64,000 nt of DNA, taken from contig OZ255827.1 of assembly GCA_965277625.1 (NCBI GenBank), forward strand, positions 1,717,057-1,781,056, in the 5' to 3' direction. Positions 50,238 to 58,572 of the stretch are shown piece after piece. The position numbers and the translations under genes are program-made. Below the pieces are notes generated by a model that saw nothing but the letters and a program-made list of their open reading frames with translations, did no database searches and was not told the DNA's origin. Position 1 is the stretch's first letter. Every line of letters begins with the position of its first letter. The stretch comes from Gammaproteobacteria bacterium. Its GTDB lineage: Bacteria > Pseudomonadota > Gammaproteobacteria > CAKMZV01.

Positions 50238-50815
50238 CCTTTGGTTGACGGTATTTTTCCTTTGTTTTGAGTGTCGTGTGCGACGGCCATGCGGATGGCA
50301 CGACCCAAGGCTTTAAACAAGGTTTCAGCAATATGATGCGCGTTCGAACCAGAAAGCGTTGTTGCATGTAGTGTTACTTTTGCATGGCTGGCAAACGCCT
50401 GAAAAAATTCTTCGACTAATTGAGCATCGAATTGCCCAATTTTTCCCACAGTAAAAGTGCTGTTAAAAACCAACAGAGGCCGACCAGAAAAATCAATGAC
50501 CACACGTGACAATGCTTCGTCCAAAGGCACATAAGCATGGCCATAGCGGTTAATGCCCGCTTTGTCGCCTAAGGCTTGTTGAAAGGCCATTCCTAAGGCA
50601 ATACCAACATCTTCAACCGTGTGGTGATCATCGATGTGCCGATCGCCTTGGCATTCAATGTCTAAGTCTAACATGCCGTGCCGGCAAACTTGATCTAACA
50701 TGTGATCAAAGAAACCAACGCCTGTTGAAATTTTGGATTGTCCAGTGCCATCTAATTGAACAATCAAGTGTATGTTCGTTTCGGCGGTTTGACGCTCTAT
50801 AGTAGTTTTACGCAT
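50228..50815 (-). CDS. hisB: Imidazoleglycerol-phosphate dehydratase (monofunctional)
   Basis: Track ORF 50228..50890. The IGPD-length product (195 aa) starts at ATG 50815 ([15 protein letters not shown]...). It has the DHHTVED and NAHHIAE motifs and no HolPase domain. Confidence 0.9.
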   Translation of the reverse strand: MRKTTIERQTAETNIHLIVQLDGTGQSKISTGVGFFDHMLDQVCRHGMLDLDIECQGDRHIDDHHTVEDVGIALGMAFQQALGDKAGINRYGHAYVPLDEALSRVVIDFSGRPLLVFNSTFTVGKIGQFDAQLVEEFFQAFASHAKVTLHATTLSGSNAHHIAETLFKALGRAIRMAVAHDTQNKGKIPSTKGCL

Positions 50816-50930
50816 AATTTTTACTGAGTGTGATGTGACGTTTATCAAATGACGAAGAGATCGAGCTCCCACGAAAATCGTAAACCTCAATGATCAAAAT
50901 ATAAAGTGCCTATTTTACCGAATTCAGCTC

Positions 50931-50960
50931 AAAACTATCACAAGGATATCGTCATCCTTG
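50931..50960 (-). terminator. Weak intrinsic-terminator-like hairpin after the DUF3726-like gene
   Basis: On the minus strand, CAAGGAT-GACGAT-ATCCTTG (plus coordinates 50941-50960) begins directly after the TAG at 50961-50963. TGATAGTTTT follows. It may separate the three-gene module from the his genes. Confidence 0.35.
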
Positions 50961-51707
50961 CTATGAGCTGATTAAAATGTCTTCATCATCTATTTGATCT
51001 GCTGATTCACCAGCATTTGTTCTGGAAATATGACTTTCTTTGACCAAGATTTGGTGACCGATTCTTTTAAGCGTTTTCCAAGCAGAGGTTTCAATGCTAA
51101 GCCCATGGCTTAGGCTATGAACGAGGGTTTGTTGATGCTGCTGATGATTCTGTTGTTGTTCAATATTTTCAACGCCAAGACTGTCATCCTTGGTGGCGAT
51201 TTTAATGAAACTCGTTGCAGAAGGTTGAGGCGGCACAGTGTATGACCATTCTGGATGGGCATATTGGGGGTTCAATAGGGCAACCATCACCCGTCCAGTA
51301 CGTGCATCAATGGTTTCAAAATGCACTGGTCTTACGGCTTTTTTTAACAACTCTGGCAACAACAAAATCCCGTCATCAACCCGATCAAGCACCACAGTGC
51401 CCTCTGGTTCATCTTCTAAATGTTCAGTGATCATCCCACTACAAACCGCCAAATGATGAAGACAGGTTGAATGATTAAAATCCAATACCAAGTGATTAGA
51501 ATTTGATTGCGATAAAGTCAACGAATTCTGCCAATTTTGACTAGGGTGGCAGTTGTCAATAAAATGATGCAATGCTTGAAAACCGATGGATTCCAACATT
51601 GTAATCGACTGGGCAATGGATTCACAAACCCCCATGGGCAAACCGAGTCCCTCAGAAGCCTTGTACAGCTTCATCTCCAACTCATTTAAGGAAATTGTTG
51701 TCCTCAT
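50961..51707 (-). CDS. DUF3726-like protein (unknown function)
   Basis: The track ORF extends to 51719 (TTG), but ATG 51707 gives MRTTISLNELEMKLYKASEGLGLPMGVCESIAQSITMLES. The C-terminus is ...GLSIETSAWKTLKRIGHQILVKESHISRTNAGES. Both ends resemble the DUF3726 pattern as I remember it: SLNELE..A.GaGl.wG at the N-terminus and W..L....VP.se.SR..GAG at the C-terminus. There is a Gln/His-rich linker. Confidence 0.45.
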   Translation of the reverse strand: MRTTISLNELEMKLYKASEGLGLPMGVCESIAQSITMLESIGFQALHHFIDNCHPSQNWQNSLTLSQSNSNHLVLDFNHSTCLHHLAVCSGMITEHLEDEPEGTVVLDRVDDGILLLPELLKKAVRPVHFETIDARTGRVMVALLNPQYAHPEWSYTVPPQPSATSFIKIATKDDSLGVENIEQQQNHQQHQQTLVHSLSHGLSIETSAWKTLKRIGHQILVKESHISRTNAGESADQIDDEDILISS

Positions 51708-51728
51708 TGACAATGCCAAATGAAATAT

Positions 51729-53396
51729 TTAATCATTGTATAAAAACCAATCATCTGGCGGTGCTAAGTAACCTTGATCATTCAGCAAGGGGGCGCCCTG
51801 AAACAAGGTAATACGCAACCATTTATCTGATTTTGGGTCAAATTTGCCCGCACCAAAAAAAGAAAGTTTTAAGCGCAAAATATCAATGGGATAGAAATTT
51901 TTGTCTAAGACGTTGCTGCGGATTTCGCCGTAGGGATTTTGTGCATATTGCCACACCCTTCTAACAATACCGCTGTATTGGGGTTGATCAAATAAAAATC
52001 GACTGACCCGCATGTTGAGATCAGATGATTGTGCTTTTACTAAGGCTTCATAGAGCTGATTAACGGCTCTGCCTATGTCTATTTTCATCTCTTGATTCGG
52101 CTGTGGTTTTTCAACAAACCGATCGCCTAAACGGGGTTCCTCTTTATCTTCGGCGACGTACCAATATTTAAAAATGGTATTTTCATCAGTCAGGTCCAAG
52201 CGAATGGCCCAGTGATAATTCTGTTCAATTTCACTGATCAGATCGCTGATGGTCGCGTGGCTGTGTCCATCGAGTTTGAGCTTTACCGGCTGGAAATTGG
52301 CATATTTGTCAGCAATGTCTGGTGTGACCTCTAACAAGACATTCAGGAGCAATTCTTTGACTTCTTGACAGAACGCTTGGGTATTGATCTCCTGCCACAG
52401 AGGCATCCAACTCTGCGCTTGGAGCACCGATGTTAAAGACATTTGTTTGATTTTGTCCAAATCGAGCAGCAATTGTTTATTTTTAGCCGTTTGCATGGGG
52501 TCTGGTACGCTTATGGCCCCAAAATACTGCTGCGCTCTGTCAAAGTAGTGCTGCACGGTATTTATGGTGTCTTTGGTGGGCTTCGATTGATGAATCACTT
52601 CAAACAATGCTTGCTCGCGTTGACTCACCCACGAATGAATGATTTGCGGGTGTTTGATGAGATATGGCCCCATACCCAAACCTGTAGAATTGCCTACGCC
52701 AATGGAACGTTTGATCGAGTCGGACAGTGGCACAGCATTTTGACCGCCTCGCTTAGTGGCCATGTGATCCACCCATTCAAATGAAAACCAACGAACCATA
52801 TAAACCATCAACATTTGCACACGAAATTGATCGGACAAAGCCGTCCCTTGCAAACGTTGATAATCTGCCATACCGAACTTTCCATTGCCATAGACCGCCG
52901 TTGTTCGGACAAAATAACTGCATTTGCGAATTTCATCCATTTCTGGCTGATCGCCTCGACTCAAGCAATCAATCACATAAGAAAATAGACGCATGCTTTT
53001 ATTGGCGCGCGACAGACAAATCACATTCGGGTTATAGCGCCCTTTTTCCTGCTTTGGGACATTTTTGGACAGCATTTCGATGTTGTGTTGATCAATTTCA
53101 CCCAACCAAATACAGCATGTCACATCCCACTTTTCCGCAATCACACGATCATTGCGTTCTTCATCTTCAATGAATTGAGCGAAAAATACCGCATGGCAAA
53201 TCAAGCCCGCCAACTCAATGCGATAAACAGCCGTACCATAGCCATCATCATCAAGATCAAATCTGGCACGTTTTATTAACCAAGACTGATTCAGCATGGT
53301 TCGGACCAAGCTGCGCGAAAAACTGAGGTAAGAACTATGAAATGCGCCCAACTTTGGCGCGCTCATAATTTCTTCTGGACAACGCAGATGATTCAT
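51729..53396 (-). CDS. Hypothetical 555-aa protein, no recognisable family
   Basis: The ORF is clean. GAGG lies 8 nt upstream of ATG 53396. It sits 36 nt after the upstream gene and 21 nt before the downstream gene. By eye there is no signal peptide, TM segment, nucleotide-binding motif or metal motif. Confidence 0.6.
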   Translation of the reverse strand: MNHLRCPEEIMSAPKLGAFHSSYLSFSRSLVRTMLNQSWLIKRARFDLDDDGYGTAVYRIELAGLICHAVFFAQFIEDEERNDRVIAEKWDVTCCIWLGEIDQHNIEMLSKNVPKQEKGRYNPNVICLSRANKSMRLFSYVIDCLSRGDQPEMDEIRKCSYFVRTTAVYGNGKFGMADYQRLQGTALSDQFRVQMLMVYMVRWFSFEWVDHMATKRGGQNAVPLSDSIKRSIGVGNSTGLGMGPYLIKHPQIIHSWVSQREQALFEVIHQSKPTKDTINTVQHYFDRAQQYFGAISVPDPMQTAKNKQLLLDLDKIKQMSLTSVLQAQSWMPLWQEINTQAFCQEVKELLLNVLLEVTPDIADKYANFQPVKLKLDGHSHATISDLISEIEQNYHWAIRLDLTDENTIFKYWYVAEDKEEPRLGDRFVEKPQPNQEMKIDIGRAVNQLYEALVKAQSSDLNMRVSRFLFDQPQYSGIVRRVWQYAQNPYGEIRSNVLDKNFYPIDILRLKLSFFGAGKFDPKSDKWLRITLFQGAPLLNDQGYLAPPDDWFLYND

Positions 53397-53432
53397 GATT
53401 GCAACCTCATAGTTAGGACTGTCATTAGAACG

Positions 53433-54437
53433 TCAGCCGTTAAGCCCACTCTGAGGAGTCAATGATTGTGCAAAATACCGCATCCAGTTTCCACCCATGA
53501 TTTTGGCGGAGTCTTCTGCCCCAATACCATGATCAACCATGGCCGATTGCAAATGCGCAAAATCAGCCACTCTGCTAAACCATTTAGGCGGCGCTGGCCA
53601 GCCACTCTGATCTTTTGAACCTTCACCGTAGTCCATCTCTTTGGTCCAGTGGCCATTCCGCATATACTCAACAACCGCAACTTCTCTGCCTTGACAAATA
53701 TCTGTGCCAATGGCGATGGTGTCAACACCGATTAAATCGATCAATCTTTTGATCTCATCCATGAGGTCACTGAGTTGACAATCTGAGGTGTTTTTTAGAT
53801 GGAATGGATAAAAACTGAGACCGAAGATGCCGCCAGATTCTGCTAACAACTTCAACACATCATCGCCCTTATTTCTTAGAGCTGGTTGGAAATGCAAACT
53901 TTGTGCGTGACTAATGGTAATAGGTCTTTGTGAGGCTTCAATCGCCTCAATGGTCGCTTGTCTTGAGCTGTGAGACATATCGATGATCATACCCACACGA
54001 TTCATTTCCTTGACCGCTGCGCGCCCGAACCGACTGAGACCTATGTCGGCTTGTTCATAGCAACCGCCGCACAAATGCGACTGGTTATTGTAAGACAATT
54101 GCATCACACCAACGTTCAAGCGGCGATATAACTCAATCATATCGATGTTATTTTCAATCGATGAACAGTTTTGAAAACCAAATACAACCCCTATCCGAGC
54201 ATCATCCAACTTTGGCTCAAAACCATCCACAGACGTTGCAGGATATAACAAATCTGCATGGGCATCAAATAAGCGAAACCAATCACCCAACAGCGTCATA
54301 GTTTCATGAATATTTTCCCAAAATACCACAGTGACGTGGATGATGTCTAAACCCGCATCGCGCGCTTCTTCAAAATAAGCTCGAGTGGGTAATGCATACT
54401 GCAACCCATCAACATAGACCGACTGTTTCTTTACCAT
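53433..54437 (-). CDS. Peptidase M19 (renal/membrane dipeptidase) family protein, atypical N-terminal motifs
   Basis: 334 aa. M19-like blocks: GVMQLSYNNQSHLCGGCYE, MNRVGMIIDMSHSS, PITISHAQS and IAIGTDICQG. The usual N-terminal xDGHNDxP reads VDGLQYAL. Confidence 0.7.
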   Translation of the reverse strand: MVKKQSVYVDGLQYALPTRAYFEEARDAGLDIIHVTVVFWENIHETMTLLGDWFRLFDAHADLLYPATSVDGFEPKLDDARIGVVFGFQNCSSIENNIDMIELYRRLNVGVMQLSYNNQSHLCGGCYEQADIGLSRFGRAAVKEMNRVGMIIDMSHSSRQATIEAIEASQRPITISHAQSLHFQPALRNKGDDVLKLLAESGGIFGLSFYPFHLKNTSDCQLSDLMDEIKRLIDLIGVDTIAIGTDICQGREVAVVEYMRNGHWTKEMDYGEGSKDQSGWPAPPKWFSRVADFAHLQSAMVDHGIGAEDSAKIMGGNWMRYFAQSLTPQSGLNG

Positions 54438-54673
54438 AGTATTCTCAATATAATAATTTTGTAACGATCATGAAATCACAGATAGATGGAGTGCCCTTCA
54501 ATGACAGCCCAATAAAACCGTTAAATTTTAATTCCATTTGCTCTTCATTATCCATGATATTTTTTTAACAGATTTGAGTTTATGTCCTGAACCGATCAAT
54601 TCCCCCAAAATGCGTACCGCTTTAGCTTTGCTCTTGCTCAGCGAAGAACAATGGCAGGGCTTTCACTACTGCT

Positions 54674-55804
54674 TTACAGAGGGCCTTTTAAGGCCAAAGC
54701 CACATCTTGCCAGCTGTTTACTCGGTAATCCATATCATCTTTGTGCGGATCATATTCTCTTGCATGGTCCATGGCGGACTTCATACTAATCACATCATTA
54801 GGTTGATAATAAAAAGTGTTATTTCTATGGGTCTTTAGAAACTCTGGCGTGATAATTGGAATCCGACAATAACAAAATTGCATCACTTTAAGCGTGTCCG
54901 TGAAGGTCTCAGCGCCCTGAGACCATGCTCGACAATTGAGCCCTGCGTCTGCATGTTGAACGTAAGGAATGGTGGTTTCAAAAGGCACCTCACCATACAT
55001 GGTCACATTTTCTTTGTCGATCATGTCTATGGGGCCGAGGTAATGGAAATGCCAATCAGGACATTGATCTGGGGCTTGGCGCAGAAAATCATAATCAATG
55101 TCACCCACGCCCACAAAAACGGCATTTTTTTGTTTTGACTTGGGATAAGGGGATGGATTTTTTTGATCAAACAAAGCCTTCTCAATACCATGATAATCGA
55201 GTGAAACCGAAGCTTCAGTGTTTAGAGCTTGTAATTTCTTTTGTAGCGCCGCATTGGTGCAACTGACAAAATCAAAATCTTGCATGTGATCCTGTTGAAA
55301 TGCTTTAGTATCGGAATGTACCCTAAGCACATCCAAATCATCTGAAACGCGATAAACATAGCGTGCGCTTTGATTCACTTGTTTAAACTGAGGCATGAGT
55401 TCCAATGATGGCGTGCTTTCAAAAATAATCAAATCGGCTGATTTTACAAAGTCCGTGCTTTCACCCAATATCAATTGCTGAGTACGCATCACTGGGGCAA
55501 ATAACAATCGCGTTAGTTGCCCCAACCATTTTTGCTTGAACGCTTTGGTTAGATCAACTTTGTGCCATTGGGTATAGTGCACATACGAAAAAAAATTGGG
55601 TTTTTTTTCGATCAATTGATGCTTTTCATCTAACAACCCATACTGTAGTCGGTTGTCTTTGTTAAGACGAGAAATTAGGCTGACTGGCGATGTGAAAAAT
55701 AATACTTGCCAGCCCATTTGATGAAAAGCGTTGGCCACCCAAAAAAAACCAGTACGTCTTTTTTGATCAAAATAATGGGGCGTGATCAGTACAACCTTTT
55801 TCAT
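54674..55804 (-). CDS. Hypothetical protein, possible GT-B-fold glycosyltransferase
   Basis: 376 aa. The call rests on the N-terminal MKKVVLITPHYFDQKRRTGFFWVANAFHQMGWQVLFFT (Rossmann-like GT-B start) and the position in the polysaccharide locus. I could not assign a family by eye. Confidence 0.35.
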   Translation of the reverse strand: MKKVVLITPHYFDQKRRTGFFWVANAFHQMGWQVLFFTSPVSLISRLNKDNRLQYGLLDEKHQLIEKKPNFFSYVHYTQWHKVDLTKAFKQKWLGQLTRLLFAPVMRTQQLILGESTDFVKSADLIIFESTPSLELMPQFKQVNQSARYVYRVSDDLDVLRVHSDTKAFQQDHMQDFDFVSCTNAALQKKLQALNTEASVSLDYHGIEKALFDQKNPSPYPKSKQKNAVFVGVGDIDYDFLRQAPDQCPDWHFHYLGPIDMIDKENVTMYGEVPFETTIPYVQHADAGLNCRAWSQGAETFTDTLKVMQFCYCRIPIITPEFLKTHRNNTFYYQPNDVISMKSAMDHAREYDPHKDDMDYRVNSWQDVALALKGPL

Positions 55805-55814
55805 GACGAACCCT

Positions 55815-56927
55815 TCATCTTCTAACAGCTTTTGCTAAGGCGCGCAAAAATTTTGAAGCCTGAGGGTATTTGTGAACATCAGTGACCATGCCTTCAGGAT
55901 TAAAGGCAAATTTTTTGGCCGTTTCAGGGGGATAGAAATATTTATCTTGGCAAGCTTTTACATAAAATTCTTCAAAACTGTCGGCCATTTTAGCCACCGT
56001 TAGAGTTGATTGGTAAGCGTGTTTTGACATCTCTATGCGTTCTTCTTCGCTTTTTGAAAAATGCTGTTTTAACTGACTTAATGCCTCAGAATAAGTTGAA
56101 GCCACATAACCATTTTCACCATCTGTGATGAATTCAGCCATAAAACCATTGGGTGAAACAATGGCAGGTGTGCCACTCGCCATGGATTCGTGTATTGCAT
56201 TGGCACAAGGTTCTATCCAATTTACAATGTAAAAAAGGAGCGCTGATTCTCTGAGCAATTTCGCTTTAATCTCGCCGTCAATCATTCCGCAAGGATGTAC
56301 GAATTTATTAAACTTTTGTGGGCTTAATAAAATATCAGGCGTCCAAGCTTTTGGCGATTTGAGCAGGTCACCCCCTGCGAGTTTAAGCGTGATTTGCCCA
56401 TCGATTGCCAGACTGATGGCCGATGAAGCATTTTTCGCCCACCAGTTCAGTAGCGCCAAATAAAGCATTTGTGGTTTTTTGTCTTCCGAATACTGATAAG
56501 CGGTTCGGTCCACCCCCCCATAAACATACATGCTTTGTTGCGCACCGTGGGCTTTTGCATGGAGACTGCTAACAAACAAGGTGTTTGGACAATATTCTAC
56601 GCCTGCTTTACCATTACAACCTTCGGTGAATAAATACGGCTTGGTCGGTAATTTCGCCGTTGCTGAAAGATGGTTGGGGTGGCGAAAAAAATGAACCACA
56701 TCAATGAAATCTGGAATGACGTCATCAATACTTTCATGGGATTCTGGCGGGCGAATCCATTTGATTTTTGGATTTTCTTTAAAAATGAGACTATCACGAT
56801 GAACCATCAAAAAAACATCATGGTCACGAGATGACAGTTCATTGGCCAACCAATACATTTTTCTTTGCGTGCCGCCATAGCCATTAGGTGGCACAAAGGT
56901 ATCTTTATAAATTAAAAGTATTTTCAT
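55815..56927 (-). CDS. Glycosyltransferase, GT4/group 1 type
   Basis: Track ORF 55815..56996. ATG 56927 (MKILLIYKD...GGTQRK) overlaps the upstream stop (ATGA). The C-terminal EX7E-type region is EPCANAIHESMASGTPAIVSPNGFMAEFITDGENGYV. Confidence 0.75.
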   Translation of the reverse strand: MKILLIYKDTFVPPNGYGGTQRKMYWLANELSSRDHDVFLMVHRDSLIFKENPKIKWIRPPESHESIDDVIPDFIDVVHFFRHPNHLSATAKLPTKPYLFTEGCNGKAGVEYCPNTLFVSSLHAKAHGAQQSMYVYGGVDRTAYQYSEDKKPQMLYLALLNWWAKNASSAISLAIDGQITLKLAGGDLLKSPKAWTPDILLSPQKFNKFVHPCGMIDGEIKAKLLRESALLFYIVNWIEPCANAIHESMASGTPAIVSPNGFMAEFITDGENGYVASTYSEALSQLKQHFSKSEEERIEMSKHAYQSTLTVAKMADSFEEFYVKACQDKYFYPPETAKKFAFNPEGMVTDVHKYPQASKFLRALAKAVRR

Positions 56928-57907
56928 GCGACTTGTTTGATTTTTGATGGATCGATTTTCGATAAATCCACCCATGAGCCCATTTGTTGATCCCATTTAA
57001 AAGGTGTAATAATATCGAAGCCACCGCCTTGATAAAAGGTTAACTCACCAAAATAAATGCGATTCTCAATCGAGTACAGATCAACGCGTACATATACGAA
57101 AGGCGCTGAGAGTTTCCTCGCAATCTCTAACAGGGCATCTAAATTTTGGGGTTTTTCTTTTGACTCAGTTGAATTGATTGAATCACCGTATTGTGTTCTT
57201 TTGGCCTTTGAGGCCCACACTACAGGCAGGTGGTTCCAATCACAATCATATATATCACGTTTGCTGTCACCTTCTCTATCAGAAGTGACATAAATAATTT
57301 TTGGTTCACCGTGAAAACAATGGAACTTGTAATCATTAGGTAATGTCCCATTTTTATTCAACAGCAATTTTTCAACCACTATGCCCGGTTTAAGGTTTTT
57401 ATAAGGCCATTCCTTGGTTTTAGTATAATAATTACGATTAAGCCACTTTTGCATTTCTTTATATTTTTCCAACCAATTGACGGTCAATTTATCCCTGACA
57501 ATAAAATAAGAGCCACTGTCATGACTGGCTTTTATGATGACGGGCGCCTCTGGCAAACACGCCTGATTGATGGAATGAGGGTTGTCTGTGTAATGCAATA
57601 ATTCAATTAAATATGAATCCCCAATCGTTTTACTAACATAAGATCTGGCTTCATACTTATCCGCACAAATCGCATACAAAGGATCACGCACATGGATCTT
57701 CATCCATTGAATTTTTTCATTTAACGTCCCAACTTTTTTAAAGTTTAAAGCATAACCGTGTGCTCTTTTAAATTGAAGGTTTATCAGCACCTTTGTAGGC
57801 AGGCAATGGAATAGGAAAAAAAAATACAGGGCTTTAAAAGGCGCGCCAATCGTTTGGAGTATGGGATGAGCATAATATATTTTTTTCAAAATAAAATGAA
57901 CTTGCAT
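56924..57907 (-). CDS. TupA-like ATP-grasp protein (candidate uronate:amine amidoligase)
   Basis: Track ORF 56924..57943; ATG 57907 lies 2 nt after the HAD gene stop. Blocks matching the ATPgrasp_TupA pattern: LNEKIQWMKIHVRDPLYAICADKYEARSYV, IKASHDSGS, DYKFHCFHGEPKII, YDCDW and YVRVDLY...IYFGELTFYQGGG. Confidence 0.75.
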   Translation of the reverse strand: MQVHFILKKIYYAHPILQTIGAPFKALYFFFLFHCLPTKVLINLQFKRAHGYALNFKKVGTLNEKIQWMKIHVRDPLYAICADKYEARSYVSKTIGDSYLIELLHYTDNPHSINQACLPEAPVIIKASHDSGSYFIVRDKLTVNWLEKYKEMQKWLNRNYYTKTKEWPYKNLKPGIVVEKLLLNKNGTLPNDYKFHCFHGEPKIIYVTSDREGDSKRDIYDCDWNHLPVVWASKAKRTQYGDSINSTESKEKPQNLDALLEIARKLSAPFVYVRVDLYSIENRIYFGELTFYQGGGFDIITPFKWDQQMGSWVDLSKIDPSKIKQVA

Positions 57908-57909
57908 AC

Positions 57910-58572
57910 TTACCACCAGATCGGTTGATGCTTGTCTATCCAAGCGGGCAATGATTTATGACTTTTTTTGTTCAAAACAACAAACGTCTGATCGGCTAAA
58001 TTGAACAGAGGCAGGTCACTGACACTGTCTGAGTAAACGACTATTTGAGATCGATCATAGGATTCAATGTCTATTGTTTTTTGTAAGAAGGTGATTTTTT
58101 CTTCACCAATACAATCTACTGTTTCAAATGCACCCTGACATATATCCTTTTTATAGGCTAAGTTTGTACAGACCAATTCAATATCAAATTGATTAGTGAA
58201 AAATTGTAAATAATCATAATACCCTGCTGAAACTATGATGACCCGATCGGCTTTTGCTAAATGTTCTTTAAGGTAAACCATCGTATCTGAAATTAAATTG
58301 GGGCAGATTTGCTCATCATGAAATTGCTGCGAAACCTGTCTGATTTCTGCTCTTGTGAAACCTGACAATGTTTTCAATTTAATGCTTTTCCCATAACTTT
58401 TTTTAATGCCCAGAATTTTGAACATTAAAAAATCAACGACCCTTGCATAAAAGTTAAAGAGAAGCCAGCGAGTGTGGCATTTTTTTTGGCCAAAGTACTT
58501 AACAAATGCATCAGCCGATTGAAATGATACGAGCGTTTCACAAAAATCAAACAACACCAAATTTTTCATCAT
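57910..58572 (-). CDS. HAD-IB-like hydrolase (candidate phosphatase) with variant motif I
   Basis: Track ORF 57910..58593. ATG 58572 overlaps the upstream TAA by 1 nt. Motif I reads LFDFCETL (DxCxT rather than DxDxT). It also has IIVSAGY and motif IV VYSDSVSDLPLF. Confidence 0.65.
   Translation of the reverse strand: MMKNLVLFDFCETLVSFQSADAFVKYFGQKKCHTRWLLFNFYARVVDFLMFKILGIKKSYGKSIKLKTLSGFTRAEIRQVSQQFHDEQICPNLISDTMVYLKEHLAKADRVIIVSAGYYDYLQFFTNQFDIELVCTNLAYKKDICQGAFETVDCIGEEKITFLQKTIDIESYDRSQIVVYSDSVSDLPLFNLADQTFVVLNKKSHKSLPAWIDKHQPIWW

Noticed and set aside
54538-54789. 83-aa plus-strand ORF across the 54.4-54.7 kb spacer.
   Set aside because: It runs antisense into the 3' end of the 54674..55804 gene. 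It has a TTG-type start, no RBS and no recognisable features.
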